IMG/VR virus record: IMGVR_UViG_3300036771_000101
Location: 1-64,000 of that record
DNA: 64,000 nt
Origin: a virus
Reading direction: 5' to 3' (one strand)
Position 1 is the first letter of the stretch. Each line of letters starts with the position of its first letter. Below the pieces are notes generated by a model, which saw only the letters and a program-made list of their open reading frames with translations, was not told the origin of the DNA and did not search any database. Positions 45,337 to 55,516 of the stretch are shown piece after piece. A program made the position numbers and the translations under genes.

Positions 45337-48002
45337 CAACAACCCATACCGTCGGTGAGCAGAACATCAGCGGATACGTGAATCTTACGGTTGAAGGGAC
45401 TACTGGGTTCCCTGCGTCTGGCTGGTTGAAGATCGGTGCTTCGCTGTACAGCTACAACGGCAAATCCTCGTATCAACTGTTGCAGGTGACCGGTCCTCAG
45501 TGGCAGTTCGACTCCGGAACCGAGGTGACGCTGTATAGGTCGGCGCTGGCTCCGCCGGTCATCGTTGGCGAGTTTCGCAACGAGGGGGTCGGGAGTGTCG
45601 CCACATTGGACGTGACTGGCGCTGTTGGAGATGTCGTAGGTCTCTGCCTGGTGGTACCAGAGCGGTCAATTACGTATCTCACGCACCAGAGCCCACCGAC
45701 TCGCTATTGGACTCAGAGCGTCGGTGGCTGGACTCATGCTAGCGGCACCAATCCCGTGCGCGGCTACCATAGTTGGTACCGGTTCATGACTGACAAAACC
45801 CAAACGTTCCAATGGACGTTTGATCAGTCGTTCGCATGGGAGTTCGCGGGAGCAACTTTCCAGCTGGCGGAAGACCCAGGGCATCTCGCCGGGTCAGTAG
45901 CAAACTCATCTGCGACTGATGGCACTATTGCCTTTGGCTACAATCAGCTGGTCAATTTCCCGCCAGAATCGGTTATGGTCGATGTGCTGGGAGGGAAGAG
46001 CTCTGGATCTACGATCACTGCTCCAGATCCCGATCCGGGTCTCTACACGTCGTTTCGTCCCTACGGCGAGTTCCCGATGTGGGCAGGGGGTGGCGGTGGA
46101 ACGCCTGCATACCCCGCCGATCTGCGGCCCTACTACAATTCGGTTGCTTCGGTGCAAGCGGGGGACTTACTGCTGTTACAGGCATGGTCTGCTACGGGCG
46201 GGTCAACACCGCTTCTTGCGGGCTGGACTTCGTTGTTCACTGCCAGTGACCCACAATGTCGGTTGTCGTACCGGGTCTGGCAAGAAGGTGATCCCACGAC
46301 GATTGCAGGGGCGGGCGACCTGTTCTACTTCTATATCTTTCGAGGAGTAAGCCAGTCGTCGCCGATCGAGGCATTTTCATCCTCCGGTTCAGTTGGAGCG
46401 ACTGACGACAGCCTTTGGGTGGCACTTTTTTTCTTGACGACAGTATCTACCTCGTACTACATCGATAGTCCCTCAGGGAGATCAGGTAATCCGTGGGGGT
46501 TCGCTGAACGTGCAGGTATCAACTCGTACGGTACGAACAAAATGGGTCTCGCTGATCAACCCGTCGAAGCCGGGACGTACAATCAACTTGTTTGGACGTG
46601 GGGCAACGGGAACCCTATGTCGTCGCTGGGGACGTTTGCTCAAGCTGCGGTTATGCTTCGGCCAGCAACGCCACCTTCAGCGCACGGAACGCTCAAGAAG
46701 ACCCCAGCGTTTTTCACGCGTACGGAGCCGGGGGGATTGTGGACCCCGTACAGCTATACGAGCAGCGACCGAGGTACGTGGTTTGTCTCGCAAAGTATCC
46801 TGTCGGCGCCTCCTCCAGAGGAGGCTTACGGCGATTTCCTGTCAGCAGCAAATGCCACGATTGCCATTGCCGTAGCAGGACTTGAGAACTATCACGGGGG
46901 CAGTCCTCAGGATGGAACGCTGAGGGAGGAATGGCTTGCTCTCTACCCGGAAGATGCTCGCCCGTTCCTCGCCGCGTTTCCCGATAGTCCGGTTCCCGAG
47001 AATGTTTCGTCCATCATCTATCTGAACGACAACGGCGACACCGTAGCTGTCCATCCGTACAGCCGGGGCCGAGACACATGGGGATACGGCCCGGTGTTCA
47101 GCCCGGACGGCTCAACTCTTGTCGTCTCAGGGTGGTTCAGCGACACCGACTTCTACTGTTTCGGTCTGGACGGCACTGCGCTCTGGCAAACCTCCAACTA
47201 TGGAGTTGATACGCCGCCGTGTTTTTCGGCCGACGGGACGGTGCTCTACGCGTTCAGCACTTGGGGTCCCGAGAACACGCTGCTCACGATCGACGCGGCG
47301 ACTGGTGATCTACTCGACTCGAAAGCGCTGAGCGATCAGGGTCAGTGGCCTCCGTGGAACCCGCGTTTCATGCCTGACGGCACGCACCTCATTGGAGCGG
47401 TGTACGACAATGATGAGCCGATTGGGATTTACACGATAGAGATCGCAACCGGAGCGTACGAACCGTGGTTGTTGTGGGACGACGTTGTAGGCGACTTGCC
47501 GTTCCCTGTTTCGTCTGGGGAGTGGGGGCTTGACGTTCATCCGGGTGGTGAAGGTTTCGTTGTAGCTGTTCGTGGCAATTCGTCTCGTCGTTCGTTTGAG
47601 ACGATGCTGATCGAGGTTGGCTGGGACAAGTCGATTCAGAACACTTACCGGATGGGGGACTGGGCGTTTACTTCCGGGTTCCCTCCGGGGATGATCGAGC
47701 TCTGCTACTCGCGAGATGGCAATTACATCTACACGACGGATGATCTTGGGTGGCTCGTCATGCGGTTCACTCGGGGACCGGGGAGTGTCGGTGGCGAGCT
47801 CCCCTTCATGAATCTCCAATACGTTTCGCGGGCCGATTGGGAAGCGGAAGGTTTCCCTCTGGATCTGGGTGATTTCTCGGAGACCGACGTTCGTGCTGCC
47901 TGGTTTCCCGGCACCACGGGGGTGGACACTCGGATCCCCTCTGTTGCACGTCCATCGAACGCGATCAGTCACTCCGTGGTGGGGGTGCGGGGCCGATGGT
48001 GA
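45333..48002 (+). CDS. receptor-binding-like protein with WD40/TolB-like propeller
   Basis: FSPDGSTL, FSADGTVLY, FMPDGTHL, YSRDGNYIY blades. Confidence 0.75.
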   Translation: MTTTHTVGEQNISGYVNLTVEGTTGFPASGWLKIGASLYSYNGKSSYQLLQVTGPQWQFDSGTEVTLYRSALAPPVIVGEFRNEGVGSVATLDVTGAVGDVVGLCLVVPERSITYLTHQSPPTRYWTQSVGGWTHASGTNPVRGYHSWYRFMTDKTQTFQWTFDQSFAWEFAGATFQLAEDPGHLAGSVANSSATDGTIAFGYNQLVNFPPESVMVDVLGGKSSGSTITAPDPDPGLYTSFRPYGEFPMWAGGGGGTPAYPADLRPYYNSVASVQAGDLLLLQAWSATGGSTPLLAGWTSLFTASDPQCRLSYRVWQEGDPTTIAGAGDLFYFYIFRGVSQSSPIEAFSSSGSVGATDDSLWVALFFLTTVSTSYYIDSPSGRSGNPWGFAERAGINSYGTNKMGLADQPVEAGTYNQLVWTWGNGNPMSSLGTFAQAAVMLRPATPPSAHGTLKKTPAFFTRTEPGGLWTPYSYTSSDRGTWFVSQSILSAPPPEEAYGDFLSAANATIAIAVAGLENYHGGSPQDGTLREEWLALYPEDARPFLAAFPDSPVPENVSSIIYLNDNGDTVAVHPYSRGRDTWGYGPVFSPDGSTLVVSGWFSDTDFYCFGLDGTALWQTSNYGVDTPPCFSADGTVLYAFSTWGPENTLLTIDAATGDLLDSKALSDQGQWPPWNPRFMPDGTHLIGAVYDNDEPIGIYTIEIATGAYEPWLLWDDVVGDLPFPVSSGEWGLDVHPGGEGFVVAVRGNSSRRSFETMLIEVGWDKSIQNTYRMGDWAFTSGFPPGMIELCYSRDGNYIYTTDDLGWLVMRFTRGPGSVGGELPFMNLQYVSRADWEAEGFPLDLGDFSETDVRAAWFPGTTGVDTRIPSVARPSNAISHSVVGVRGRW

Positions 48003-48089
48003 CTTGGATCAGAAAGACCATGTGTCGATGAGCTCCGTAGGTGATCGAGGTGCTGGTCGCGCGGAGACGCGAGGTGAAAGAAGGAAGGT

Positions 48090-49454
48090 ATGGGCTTCAC
48101 CCAACGGTACGGTCTGAAGAAGCTCAACGTTGGAGACAACCTCTCCGATGACAGCTACAAGTTCTCCGATGCCGACCGAGACACCGAAGATCTCCTCTTC
48201 TTCCTCGGGGTAGAGGGACACCACCACACTGGCGGGGCTGGCTCAGGGAGCGCACCGACCAGCGGGCCGGGCCTGACTGTCGTGACGACGTCGGGTGTGA
48301 TCCCTTCTGGTCGTAGGGTGTACTACAAGTACACGCTCGTTGATCCTACGGGGGCGGAGAGCGGGTCTTCGCCAGAAGCGTTCGTTGATACCCCGGCGCA
48401 GATCCAGGCACCAGCGAAACCGACACTGACGTTCGACACGACAGGTGGAGCGCTTCTCCCCGGGAACTACTACTACATCCTCTCGGCGTACTCCGGAACG
48501 GTCAGCAACTACGAAACTCCAGCGACGAACCCTGAATACATCTTCGTGTCGTCAACGACCGCGACGAACGTCATTACGGTTACACTCCCAGCGCTTCCCT
48601 CCGGGGCTACGGCCTTCAACGTGTATCGGCAGGCACCAGACGGTCCCGGATACTTCTTCCTGACATCGATCGACATGTCGGCGGCGACACCACCGACGCA
48701 GTTCATCGATGACGGATCGATCGCTCCGAACTGCGACCGGACCAGACCACTGACGAACACGTCGCGGCAGACCAACTCGATCATCATCACGCTGCCGACG
48801 ACACTAACCACTGGCTGGTCGTGGCGGATCTACCGGACGTTCACCACCAACGACTACACCACCTCGCTGCTGACCACGCAGACCGTCTCGCCGTACACTG
48901 ACACGGGTATTCCAACGACGTCGGGTCAACCGCCACTGCAAGGACTCAGCCCCGGGAACCCAGCCAGGGTGCAACTCACTGACATGGCTGAAGTCCAAGG
49001 GCGGCTTCCCATGTCCGGCGTGTCAGCGTTTCCGGAGGTCATCACGTTCACGATGGACGGCGACGTGTTCGCTCTGACCGGAACGAACGTGTGGGTCTGC
49101 GAACATCCTCAGGCGACGATCATCGCTGTGCGGGCCTCGCTCGGTCGAGGGTACACGCCGACGAACCAGGATGTGATCGTCAACGTAAAGAAAGGCAGCG
49201 GAGCGACACCTGTGTTCTCGTCCATTTTCACCGCTGATGCTGACCGGCCACGGATCCCAGTTGGGTTGCAGATCGGGACCAGGATGCCGCCAACGGCCAT
49301 CACTGAACTCGTGGAGGGCGACTGCCTCACGGTCGATGTTGATCAGGCGGACACGGCCAGCCCACCCACGGATCAGGATCTCACCGTGTCGATCTGCATC
49401 TACTCTTACGGTTGGACTGACCCGACGAGCCATCCCTGGACGGTGTGGCCGTGA
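48090..49454 (+). CDS. minor tail protein
   Basis: 'GGALLPGNYYY..SA...ET...ITVTLP...AFNVYR' Ig-like repeats; C-terminal domain shared with 11693-13363. Confidence 0.75.
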   Translation: MGFTQRYGLKKLNVGDNLSDDSYKFSDADRDTEDLLFFLGVEGHHHTGGAGSGSAPTSGPGLTVVTTSGVIPSGRRVYYKYTLVDPTGAESGSSPEAFVDTPAQIQAPAKPTLTFDTTGGALLPGNYYYILSAYSGTVSNYETPATNPEYIFVSSTTATNVITVTLPALPSGATAFNVYRQAPDGPGYFFLTSIDMSAATPPTQFIDDGSIAPNCDRTRPLTNTSRQTNSIIITLPTTLTTGWSWRIYRTFTTNDYTTSLLTTQTVSPYTDTGIPTTSGQPPLQGLSPGNPARVQLTDMAEVQGRLPMSGVSAFPEVITFTMDGDVFALTGTNVWVCEHPQATIIAVRASLGRGYTPTNQDVIVNVKKGSGATPVFSSIFTADADRPRIPVGLQIGTRMPPTAITELVEGDCLTVDVDQADTASPPTDQDLTVSICIYSYGWTDPTSHPWTVWP

Positions 49455-49960
49455 CCATCCAAGACGATGCTCGGGCCATCCTCATCGACAGGTTCGCCAA
49501 TGCTGGGGTGACTTTCACTGATGAGGTTCTCGACGCGGTTCTGCTCAACATCCCTACGGATGGCCTGATCACGGCCGCTGCAGCCCGCGTGAGGTGGGAA
49601 TGGTGGGATGGGGTATCGCCGGTCAACGGGGTTCCTGCCCAACGGGTGTTGCAGCAGTTCGAGATTCCTGATCGGGCGTTGCTGGTGTATGTAGACGACC
49701 AGCTGTTGTACTTCCAGCCTCACGATCCGTCGGAGGACGGGATGGTGCCTCTTACGTCAGCGTCGGATGCCGTAGCAACGGCGTTTGCTGACACCGTTGT
49801 GCAGAGCCTTGCGCTTGAGGCGTTCACGGCCTTGGCCGGTATCCAGTTGCAGCAGGTAGCCGATCAGCAGGCAGCGCGAACTGGTGTGACACCGACGCCT
49901 GCTGATCAGTCCCCCGCTGCTGTGAGGCGACGTAGAACTACTTCGGCCTCGGGAGGTTGA
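49445..49960 (+). CDS. hypothetical protein
   Basis: 171 aa, in operon. Confidence 0.65.
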   Translation: MAVTIQDDARAILIDRFANAGVTFTDEVLDAVLLNIPTDGLITAAAARVRWEWWDGVSPVNGVPAQRVLQQFEIPDRALLVYVDDQLLYFQPHDPSEDGMVPLTSASDAVATAFADTVVQSLALEAFTALAGIQLQQVADQQAARTGVTPTPADQSPAAVRRRRTTSASGG

Positions 49961-49961
49961 C

Positions 49962-50354
49962 ATGGGCGTTGGGGTTGTCCTCGCCAACTCGGTTCTCACC
50001 TACATCCTGAAAAGTGGCAGCATTTCGTGCTACGTGTCGCTGCACACGGATGAGCCGCAGCCGTTGATCGCGACACCGGATCTGCATGAGGTGACCGGTT
50101 CGGCGTATGCACGGGAGCCGCTTACTGGAACGGACTGGGCAGCGGCGGCTGATGGGATGATCGAGACGGATAACGCGGTGACGTTCCCACCCGCCGGGGC
50201 GTCTTGGGGAACTGTGACGCATGTCGGGATCTACGACGCTTTGACTAGCGGGAATCTGCTGTGGTGGGGGCCGCTTGCTACACCGAGAGCGGTGAGCTCT
50301 GGCGACACGATCAGTTTCCCGGTGGGGAACCTGTCGGGGCGGGTGCCTCAGTGA
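49962..50354 (+). CDS. tail fibre-associated protein, paralog 2
   Basis: YVSLHT..P...EVTGSAYAR...WGTVTHVGIYDALTSGNLL. Confidence 0.75.
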   Translation: MGVGVVLANSVLTYILKSGSISCYVSLHTDEPQPLIATPDLHEVTGSAYAREPLTGTDWAAAADGMIETDNAVTFPPAGASWGTVTHVGIYDALTSGNLLWWGPLATPRAVSSGDTISFPVGNLSGRVPQ

Positions 50355-50734
50355 GCGACAATCTCAGCGACTACCTGGAGAACGCTCTCCTCAACGCTGT
50401 GTTGCGAGCGACGAGCTACACGTCCCCCACGACTGTTTATCTGGCGCTGTTCACGACTCCAACATCGGACGCTGCACCAGGCACCGAGGTTTCTGGAGGA
50501 AGCTACGCTCGGCAGGCAGTGACGTTCGCTGCTCCAAGCGGGGGTCTCGCCTCGAACTCTGGGGTTATCACGTTCAGCAACATGCCCGCCTGCACGATCA
50601 CGCATTCGGCGATCATGGACGCTCTCACTGGCGGGAACATGCTGTTCCAGGGATCGTTGCCTTCGGCGCGAACGTTGGCCGTGGCTGATTCGGTGACGTT
50701 CGCGGTCGGTTCGATCACGGCGACTTTGGCGTAG
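50351..50734 (+). CDS. tail fibre-associated protein, paralog 3
   Basis: GTGA overlap; LSDYLENALLN...GTEVSGGSYARQ...DALTGGNML. Confidence 0.75.
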   Translation: MSDNLSDYLENALLNAVLRATSYTSPTTVYLALFTTPTSDAAPGTEVSGGSYARQAVTFAAPSGGLASNSGVITFSNMPACTITHSAIMDALTGGNMLFQGSLPSARTLAVADSVTFAVGSITATLA

Positions 50735-50742
50735 GAGGCAGA

Positions 50743-51150
50743 GTGGGGAGCGCATCTGATACCTACGAGAACAACCTCCTGAATGCCATCCTGGGTGCAG
50801 GCTTCACCAAGGACGCCACCGTGTATGTGGCGCTCTGCACGTCCGCTCCGACGGACTCGGCGCTCGGAACGGAACCGAGTGGGAACGGCTATGCCAGAGC
50901 AGTCGTCCCGAACAACGCAACGAACTGGCCCACTGCTGCAGGGGGGCAGAAGAGCAATGGTGCGGCGATCGCGTTTCCTATGGCGACGGGAAGCTGGGGC
51001 ACGGTGACGCACTGGATGCTGATGAACCATGCGACAGCTACAGCAGCGTCGAACATGATTGCCTGGGGAGTGCTTGGTTCGTCGTTGGCGGTGGCGAACT
51101 TTGACGTGCCGCAGTTCGGGATTAACGCGCTTGTGCTGACAATGGACTGA
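50743..51150 (+). CDS. tail fibre-associated protein, paralog 4
   Basis: SDTYENNLLN...GTEPSGNGYAR...WGTVTH. Confidence 0.75.
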   Translation: MGSASDTYENNLLNAILGAGFTKDATVYVALCTSAPTDSALGTEPSGNGYARAVVPNNATNWPTAAGGQKSNGAAIAFPMATGSWGTVTHWMLMNHATATAASNMIAWGVLGSSLAVANFDVPQFGINALVLTMD

Positions 51151-51151
51151 G

Positions 51152-53887
51152 ATGCCGACCTACACGATCTATGCCGATTCGACTTCTGGCTGGATGTACC
51201 AGACGGGGGCGAATCCCGGCGCGAGCCCGATCTACTGCGGTTACGACACGACGCCGAATTTTTATCAGCTTGGGCTCGCATTCGATACGTCGAGCGTGGT
51301 GGGGACCGTTACTTCGGTGACGCTTTCACTTCGAGGCACCAACAACAGCTTGTCGACGGTGTTGGCGTTCGAGGCTCGACTGTACGACTGGGGCTCAACG
51401 CTTACGACAGCTGATTGGCAGTCAGGCAGCGCATTCGGTGCTCTTCCGCTTCTGGCGACGTTCGGTTCAGGGTCGGTTTCTTTCAGTACGCTGGATGCTT
51501 GGTCTAGTCAGAGCGCGTTTTTGACGAGCATCAACCAGTCTGGATTCACTCGCATGGTCGTTTCAACCGCTGCTCAGCGGTTGGGGACACAATCAGGGGT
51601 CAGCTACATCGGGTTCTACCCACCGGCGAATGGTGCAGGGTACGCTCCGCAGCTTGTCATCACGACGACGGTCTCCGTGACCAGATCGATCACGGGCCAA
51701 GCCGACATGGCGATGTCAACGTCGGGGACAGCCGCTACGACGTACGTCGCCTTCTCTGGGGACAGTGGGTACAGCGCTTACTCGCGTCGTGTTTCCGGTT
51801 CGGTGTGGGAAGAAATCGCCGTTCCGATGCCTTCCGGTGGGCGTTGGGAGCTCGGAGTGGGGGCGGTAGGAGGGAAGCTCTACGCTTTGGGTGGCTGGAG
51901 TGTTGGCAATGCGTTCATCTCAGGGAAGCTGGTCGAAGCGTACGACCCAACGCTGAACGTGTGGACAGCCAAAGCGAACCTGCCAGAGGCGCGCACTGGC
52001 GGTGGCGTAGCAGTTGTCGGGTCCTATCTGTACTACGTCGGTGGGTATCAGCCGGTCAGCAATAACCCGCACACGAATCTGTGGCGATACGACCCTGCGG
52101 CGAACACCTGGGCAACGCTGGCGGCGATCACGCCTGCACCGGCCAACTATCTGACCGTCGCCATCGGTGATCCGGTGCACAACAAGCTGTACTGCTGCGA
52201 GAACGAATCCACCACGCTTTACATCTACGACATTGCAACGGACGCGTGGTCGACGGCGACGAAACCGACGATGCTCATCCCGATGGGTACGTGGCACTCC
52301 AATGGGAAGGCGTACTTCTTCACTCTGGTCGCTTGGACTTCCGCTCCGAACTCTCTGTATGAGTACGATCCGGTGGCAGCAACGTTCACAGCGAAGGCCA
52401 CCGATCCCAATCGCTATGCCTGCGCCATGTTCTCCTTCGATGGTCAGGTATGGGTGGCTGGGGGCTTCACGGTCACCGGTCCCGATCTGTCGCAGGCTGT
52501 TCATTCGTTTGATCCGGCGACGAACACGTGGACCGTCCGAGACGACTTGACTCGCCCTCGTACATCCTTCAATGGGGATGTACTCGATGGACATCCGGTT
52601 GTGGCTGGCGGCTTCACCCCAAGCGCGCCGTACCCGACTTACGCTATCAGTTCAGCCGAACGGTACGCCCTGCCGCAGGATTCCAGCTGCGAGTTCGAGC
52701 TCGACCTTGATCCGTTCTACCCGATGAAACTCATGAAGGGCACGTTCGACTTCGAACTCGACGTCGATGGCGATACGCGGATCGATCCGCAGCGAATGAA
52801 CCCTGGGTTCGTGCACATCGGGCACCGACCGGTTGGGTATCGAGATCGCACCTACTTCCACGTCGTGGCGAGCAGCGATCTGCCGCTCCCAGCCGCCGAT
52901 GCTTCTGACATCTGGGTTGATGGCGGGACGCAGGACCGAGCGCCGGTCTGGCTTGACGAGTTCGCCTACACCACGAGCGCTGATGGACGCTACTTGTACA
53001 TCATCTCGGGCTACTGGTGGGGCAACTCCTACACGTGGGAGCAGTGGTGGTCGAACCGCCTGTACCGCTGGGACGCTCACGATCTCACGTGGACGGAAAT
53101 GGCGCATCTCCCGGGTTACGTCGGTTCGGAAGGCTGCGTCGGCGGTCGGATCGGCGACAAGATCTACGTGTTGATGGCCGACACCGGAGACGACGACGTG
53201 CAACCGTTCGGGGTTGGCGGTGACGCTCCCGACCCGGAATGGCTGGGTGGTGGCACAGATCAGCTGCAATCGATGTGGGTGTACGACATCACGGGGGATT
53301 CGTGGTCACGAGGAACCCAGCCGCCGTTTGCTCAGGACTACGGAGGTTGCGCGGTTCTCGACGGGAAGCTCTACGCCGCGCCGCAGTGGGATGGGGTGAT
53401 TCCCGGTGAGTCTCCGGCGTTCTACGTCTACGACCCGGTAGCTGACACGTGGACGCAGCTAGCTGATCTGATCGATCAGATAGACGACACGCCTGCGATG
53501 TGGGGTGCAGACGGAAAGATCTGGCTGGTCAGCCGGATCTGGAACGTCTGGAACGTCATCGTCTGGTCTTACGATCCGGGAACTGACGCGTGGACTGATG
53601 AAACAGCGAACTTCCCTGGGGCGACAGACGTGCTGCCGGGGTATGCACCGGCGGTGCTGATCGTTTCCCCAACGGTCGTTCGGCTTGTCGGTGGCGGCGG
53701 GGGGAGCGGTCCTTTGGCTGATGATCGAACGACTCTTGAGATCGACGTTGTCGCCAAGACAGTGACAGATCTGAACATTCACATGTTGTTCGGGGATAGC
53801 TACTTCGGGGGCACCTACTACAACGGCAAGATGTTCGTCGTGGTGGCTGACGACGACTCGAACTCAACCAACGTGGAGACGGACTAG
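51152..53887 (+). CDS. Kelch-repeat virion protein (two propellers)
   Basis: Repeated GKLYALGG...EAYDP..N.W, LYYVGG...RYDPAANTW and similar. Confidence 0.85.
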   Translation: MPTYTIYADSTSGWMYQTGANPGASPIYCGYDTTPNFYQLGLAFDTSSVVGTVTSVTLSLRGTNNSLSTVLAFEARLYDWGSTLTTADWQSGSAFGALPLLATFGSGSVSFSTLDAWSSQSAFLTSINQSGFTRMVVSTAAQRLGTQSGVSYIGFYPPANGAGYAPQLVITTTVSVTRSITGQADMAMSTSGTAATTYVAFSGDSGYSAYSRRVSGSVWEEIAVPMPSGGRWELGVGAVGGKLYALGGWSVGNAFISGKLVEAYDPTLNVWTAKANLPEARTGGGVAVVGSYLYYVGGYQPVSNNPHTNLWRYDPAANTWATLAAITPAPANYLTVAIGDPVHNKLYCCENESTTLYIYDIATDAWSTATKPTMLIPMGTWHSNGKAYFFTLVAWTSAPNSLYEYDPVAATFTAKATDPNRYACAMFSFDGQVWVAGGFTVTGPDLSQAVHSFDPATNTWTVRDDLTRPRTSFNGDVLDGHPVVAGGFTPSAPYPTYAISSAERYALPQDSSCEFELDLDPFYPMKLMKGTFDFELDVDGDTRIDPQRMNPGFVHIGHRPVGYRDRTYFHVVASSDLPLPAADASDIWVDGGTQDRAPVWLDEFAYTTSADGRYLYIISGYWWGNSYTWEQWWSNRLYRWDAHDLTWTEMAHLPGYVGSEGCVGGRIGDKIYVLMADTGDDDVQPFGVGGDAPDPEWLGGGTDQLQSMWVYDITGDSWSRGTQPPFAQDYGGCAVLDGKLYAAPQWDGVIPGESPAFYVYDPVADTWTQLADLIDQIDDTPAMWGADGKIWLVSRIWNVWNVIVWSYDPGTDAWTDETANFPGATDVLPGYAPAVLIVSPTVVRLVGGGGGSGPLADDRTTLEIDVVAKTVTDLNIHMLFGDSYFGGTYYNGKMFVVVADDDSNSTNVETD

Positions 53888-53932
53888 GCGGGCGGGGAGC
53901 TCTGGCTGGGGATCAGAGCTCCACCAGCCCGC
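53888..53932. terminator. hairpin between convergent modules
   Basis: GCGGGC..GGAGCTCTG / CAGAGCTCC..GCCCGC inverted repeat. Confidence 0.65.
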
Positions 53933-53941
53933 GCTTGAAGT

Positions 53942-54151
53942 CTACTGGGGCAGCCCCAGCTGTTTTGAGAGGGCAGTCATGTCGTCTAGTTCCTTGGCGA
54001 TGTTGACGACGGCCACGTTGGCTTTCCGTAGGAGATCGACGCGGTGGAAGAGGCTGGGTTGACGCATGGCGCGTTCTACGACCGTGGCGTGCCATCGGTC
54101 GATGGCGACTCTGATGATGGCGACTTCTTCCGGGTCAGGATCAGGTTTCAT
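53942..54151 (-). CDS. hypothetical protein
   Basis: 69 aa, last gene of the leftward operon. Confidence 0.55.
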   Translation of the reverse strand: MKPDPDPEEVAIIRVAIDRWHATVVERAMRQPSLFHRVDLLRKANVAVVNIAKELDDMTALSKQLGLPQ

Positions 54152-54323
54152 CGAGGTCGATCTCGGTGGGTCCGGAGAGCACGAACTGGAACTTGCATTT
54201 GTGGTCGTCTCCTTCGCCGTGTCCTCTGCACACGGCGAAGGAGACCCGGTCGGCGATGAGCTCGGCGTCGGCGCGGCTGATCGCTTCGAACGTGACGTGC
54301 AGGTCGAACCAGGGCCGCGCCAT
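54141..54323 (-). CDS. hypothetical protein
   Basis: ATG 54323 overlapping the upstream TGA; MARPWFDLHV...C.GH...H.C. Confidence 0.55.
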   Translation of the reverse strand: MARPWFDLHVTFEAISRADAELIADRVSFAVCRGHGEGDDHKCKFQFVLSGPTEIDLDET

Positions 54324-54502
54324 CAGACCTCTTCTTCGACCTTCCGGAAGGCGGGGGTGGTGACGATCTGGTGAGTGTGGCCTTTCTCGGTGTAGTCGTG
54401 GGCGTGCCACACCTCAGAGAACATGGGGAGGTCGGCGCCGTCGAGAGTGAGCCGGTGATAGTGGTAGTTGGGATCCTCGGTGAGATCAGTTGCTCTCGCC
54501 AT
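54323..54502 (-). CDS. small His-rich protein
   Basis: ATG 54502 (TGATG overlap); HYH, HAH and HTH motifs. Confidence 0.55.
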   Translation of the reverse strand: MARATDLTEDPNYHYHRLTLDGADLPMFSEVWHAHDYTEKGHTHQIVTTPAFRKVEEEV

Positions 54503-54732
54503 CAGCCTTCTCTTCGCAGATCGGCCATGGGTTTCCGGTCCCCGTGGGCGCGGGCGGTGACGGCCACGCTGAGGTTGACGAGGAACCATCCGAGATCTTC
54601 GGCTTGTTCGGGAGTGAGGTGGGTGACTGTGTCGCCGATAGCGACACGGATATCCACCTTCTCCGGAACCGACACGACCATTTCGGGATGGCCTCCGATC
54701 CCCCGAGTCTTGAACTTCGGATCCGACTTCAC
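54502..54732 (-). CDS. hypothetical protein
   Basis: 76 aa, coupled. Confidence 0.6.
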   Translation of the reverse strand: MKSDPKFKTRGIGGHPEMVVSVPEKVDIRVAIGDTVTHLTPEQAEDLGWFLVNLSVAVTARAHGDRKPMADLRREG

Positions 54733-55154
54733 GAAGTTTCCTGATCGGCCTGCAGCAACTCCGCTACTCGTTGTTTGATCTCCGGTATGTCGCTGGAGAT
54801 ACCGAGCGGTATGCCGTACTTGAGTTTTGCCTTGACAGTGGTGGCTGTCTGCTGAGCGATCGTTTCGAAGAAGGTGTCGTCATCTTCGGCTTCGTCGTAG
54901 AAGTCGCCCCACTGTTCCGGGTCTGTCGCCGTGGCGTCGCTGACGACGTGGATGGCGGGGTAGCCGCCGTGCATGTCGGCTTCAGTGTCGAACCAGGCGG
55001 CGACACGGCTGTTGCAAGGGCCGTACCAGCCCGTTTCGATATCGCCCTCTAACCAGGCGTTGGCGGCGTCGGCGTCCGCGAATGGACCGATGATGTCGGG
55101 TTCCAGGACGCCATTCTTCTCTTCGGTCCCGATGAGAATGACGTACGCGCTCAT
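54729..55154 (-). CDS. hypothetical acidic protein
   Basis: 141 aa, coupled. Confidence 0.65.
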   Translation of the reverse strand: MSAYVILIGTEEKNGVLEPDIIGPFADADAANAWLEGDIETGWYGPCNSRVAAWFDTEADMHGGYPAIHVVSDATATDPEQWGDFYDEAEDDDTFFETIAQQTATTVKAKLKYGIPLGISSDIPEIKQRVAELLQADQETS

Positions 55155-55450
55155 CAGTTCAGTCCATTCCGATGGGTGATGAACTCGGACTTAGCGAAAC
55201 GGTACTCGGAGATTACGGCGACAGACGCCTGCTCGGCGGTCTGGTTGAACACGATCGGTTCGCCGTCGACCCACAGGTCGTAGCCGTCAACGGCGTAGAC
55301 GACTTCGGTGGGGCCGTACGACTGGGACGGCTGGTGGTAGGCGGTCAGCACGGGCATGTCGCGTTCGATCGTCACGCAGTTACACTGCGCGGCGACCACG
55401 ATCTTGGCGACAGCAGCGAGACCGGCGATCTGCTCTTCAGCGGTACGCAT
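55154..55450 (-). CDS. hypothetical protein
   Basis: SD GAAAGGA before ATG 55450. Confidence 0.6.
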   Translation of the reverse strand: MRTAEEQIAGLAAVAKIVVAAQCNCVTIERDMPVLTAYHQPSQSYGPTEVVYAVDGYDLWVDGEPIVFNQTAEQASVAVISEYRFAKSEFITHRNGLN

Positions 55451-55516
55451 CCTGATCCTTTCAGGCAGAGGGTAAAGTGGGGCTGGAGATCTGACCTCCA
55501 GCCCCACTTGTAGCTG

